Part shown: positions 63,101 to 64,000 of the stretch, one piece after another
Numbering within the stretch: position 1 is the first letter of the stretch
How the letters are laid out: each line of letters opens with the position of its first letter
Program-made: the position numbers and the translations under genes
Assembly (NCBI RefSeq): GCF_009834535.1
Contig: NC_045696.1
Location: forward strand, 2,978,001 to 3,042,000
DNA length: 64,000 nt
Reading direction: 5' to 3'
DNA from: Camelus ferus
Taxonomy: Eukaryota
Notes under the pieces: generated by a model
The model's input: only the letters and a program-made list of their open reading frames with translations
Databases searched by the model: none
What the model was told of the DNA's origin: nothing

Positions 63101-64000
63101 TTCTGGGCTCTCTAACTGCTCTGCATAAACATGGAGCCAGCAAGCCCTGCGGCCGCGGAGGCGCGGCTCTAATCCCACAAAGGCGCCCAGCAGATAAACC
63201 TGTGTCACCGGGACCGGCTGGCCCTGGTGACTTGCGAGAGGGCCCTGGCTTATTTACAGGTAGTCAAGCTTCGCCTCCATCGAAACCGGTATTTCCAATA
63301 CTTAGTAAACACAGCGGGCGAACTCCCCGGTGGACAGCAGCCCTGCGGGGAACTGCGCACGTTTCCACCCGAGCCCGGCTTTGCTTCCGCCAGCTGGGCA
63401 GCGCTCCCGCAGAGAACCAGGCCGTCTCCCCGACGGCCGCCGGAGAGGTCAGAGAGGCTGAGCCGCCCGGCTTCCGTGGGGGTGCTGGGAGCCGTGCCCC
63501 GCCACCGGCTCAGAGCCCGCCCCGTTTACAGACGCAGGACACCCCGAGCCACAGACTTCTGCTTCCCTCTAGCTCTGAGAAAAATATCAAGAAAAATGTG
63601 TTTTTCCCTAATTCATACTTTCCTTCATTTTAACCCCCACTCCTCTGCTTTAAAATGCAATCAGGGCCCCCAGCCAAGCTCCAAATTTGCTTTAAGAAAA
63701 GGGTTTCTCAGCGGGAGCTGGACTGACCCACAGACAGGCCTGTGTGGGACAGAAGCAGAGAGAAATGTCCTGTCCAGAGCCCACGAGAACCGCGCTCGGC
63801 CCAGGGCTCCCCCTGCTGCGCGGCTTCCAGGCCGGGGAAGCTTCTTGCTAACATAGTGTGGCACCAGCAGGGACTGGGGTACCCGCCACCCCAGGCGGGC
63901 GGGCCTGTCCTGGCGAGCCGGGTGGGCAGTGGGTCGCCCAGGGCCTCTGTGACCCGAGCCCTCACCCGGGAACCCAGTAGCCGGACAAGAGACCAGCTGC

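Noticed and set aside
1..64000. tRNA, rRNA, snoRNA or miRNA genes
   Set aside because: I saw no cloverleaf, rRNA motif, box C/D or H/ACA architecture, or convincing hairpin. An Infernal/Rfam and tRNAscan-SE run is needed to exclude them formally.

Overview
GC-rich mammalian genomic DNA, probably a camelid. The L1 3' ends are cetartiodactyl-type, and I recognised no ruminant, pig or whale SINEs. Two known genes lie on the minus strand in the same order as on human 21q22.3. SLC37A1 contributes its last three coding exons (59977-59880, 56064-56000, 55653-55638) and a 3' UTR to about 54.6 kb. About 40 kb further on is the CpG-island promoter and first coding exon of PDE9A (15016-14948), whose intron 1 runs off the left edge. 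The rest is intron and intergenic DNA with old interspersed repeats (L1, HAL1, L2, MIR, MLT1/MLT2, an ERVL relic, MER20, MER5A, MER82) and micro/minisatellites. Almost all ORFs in the supplied track are chance ORFs in GC-rich DNA. I found no convincing novel biological system, RNA gene or CRISPR array. The best leads are a candidate unannotated plus-strand transcription unit at about 33.5-34.9 kb, a CTCF-like 55-bp minisatellite upstream of PDE9A, and possible alternative 3' processing of SLC37A1. Repeat family names come from recalled consensus sequences and their boundaries are approximate.
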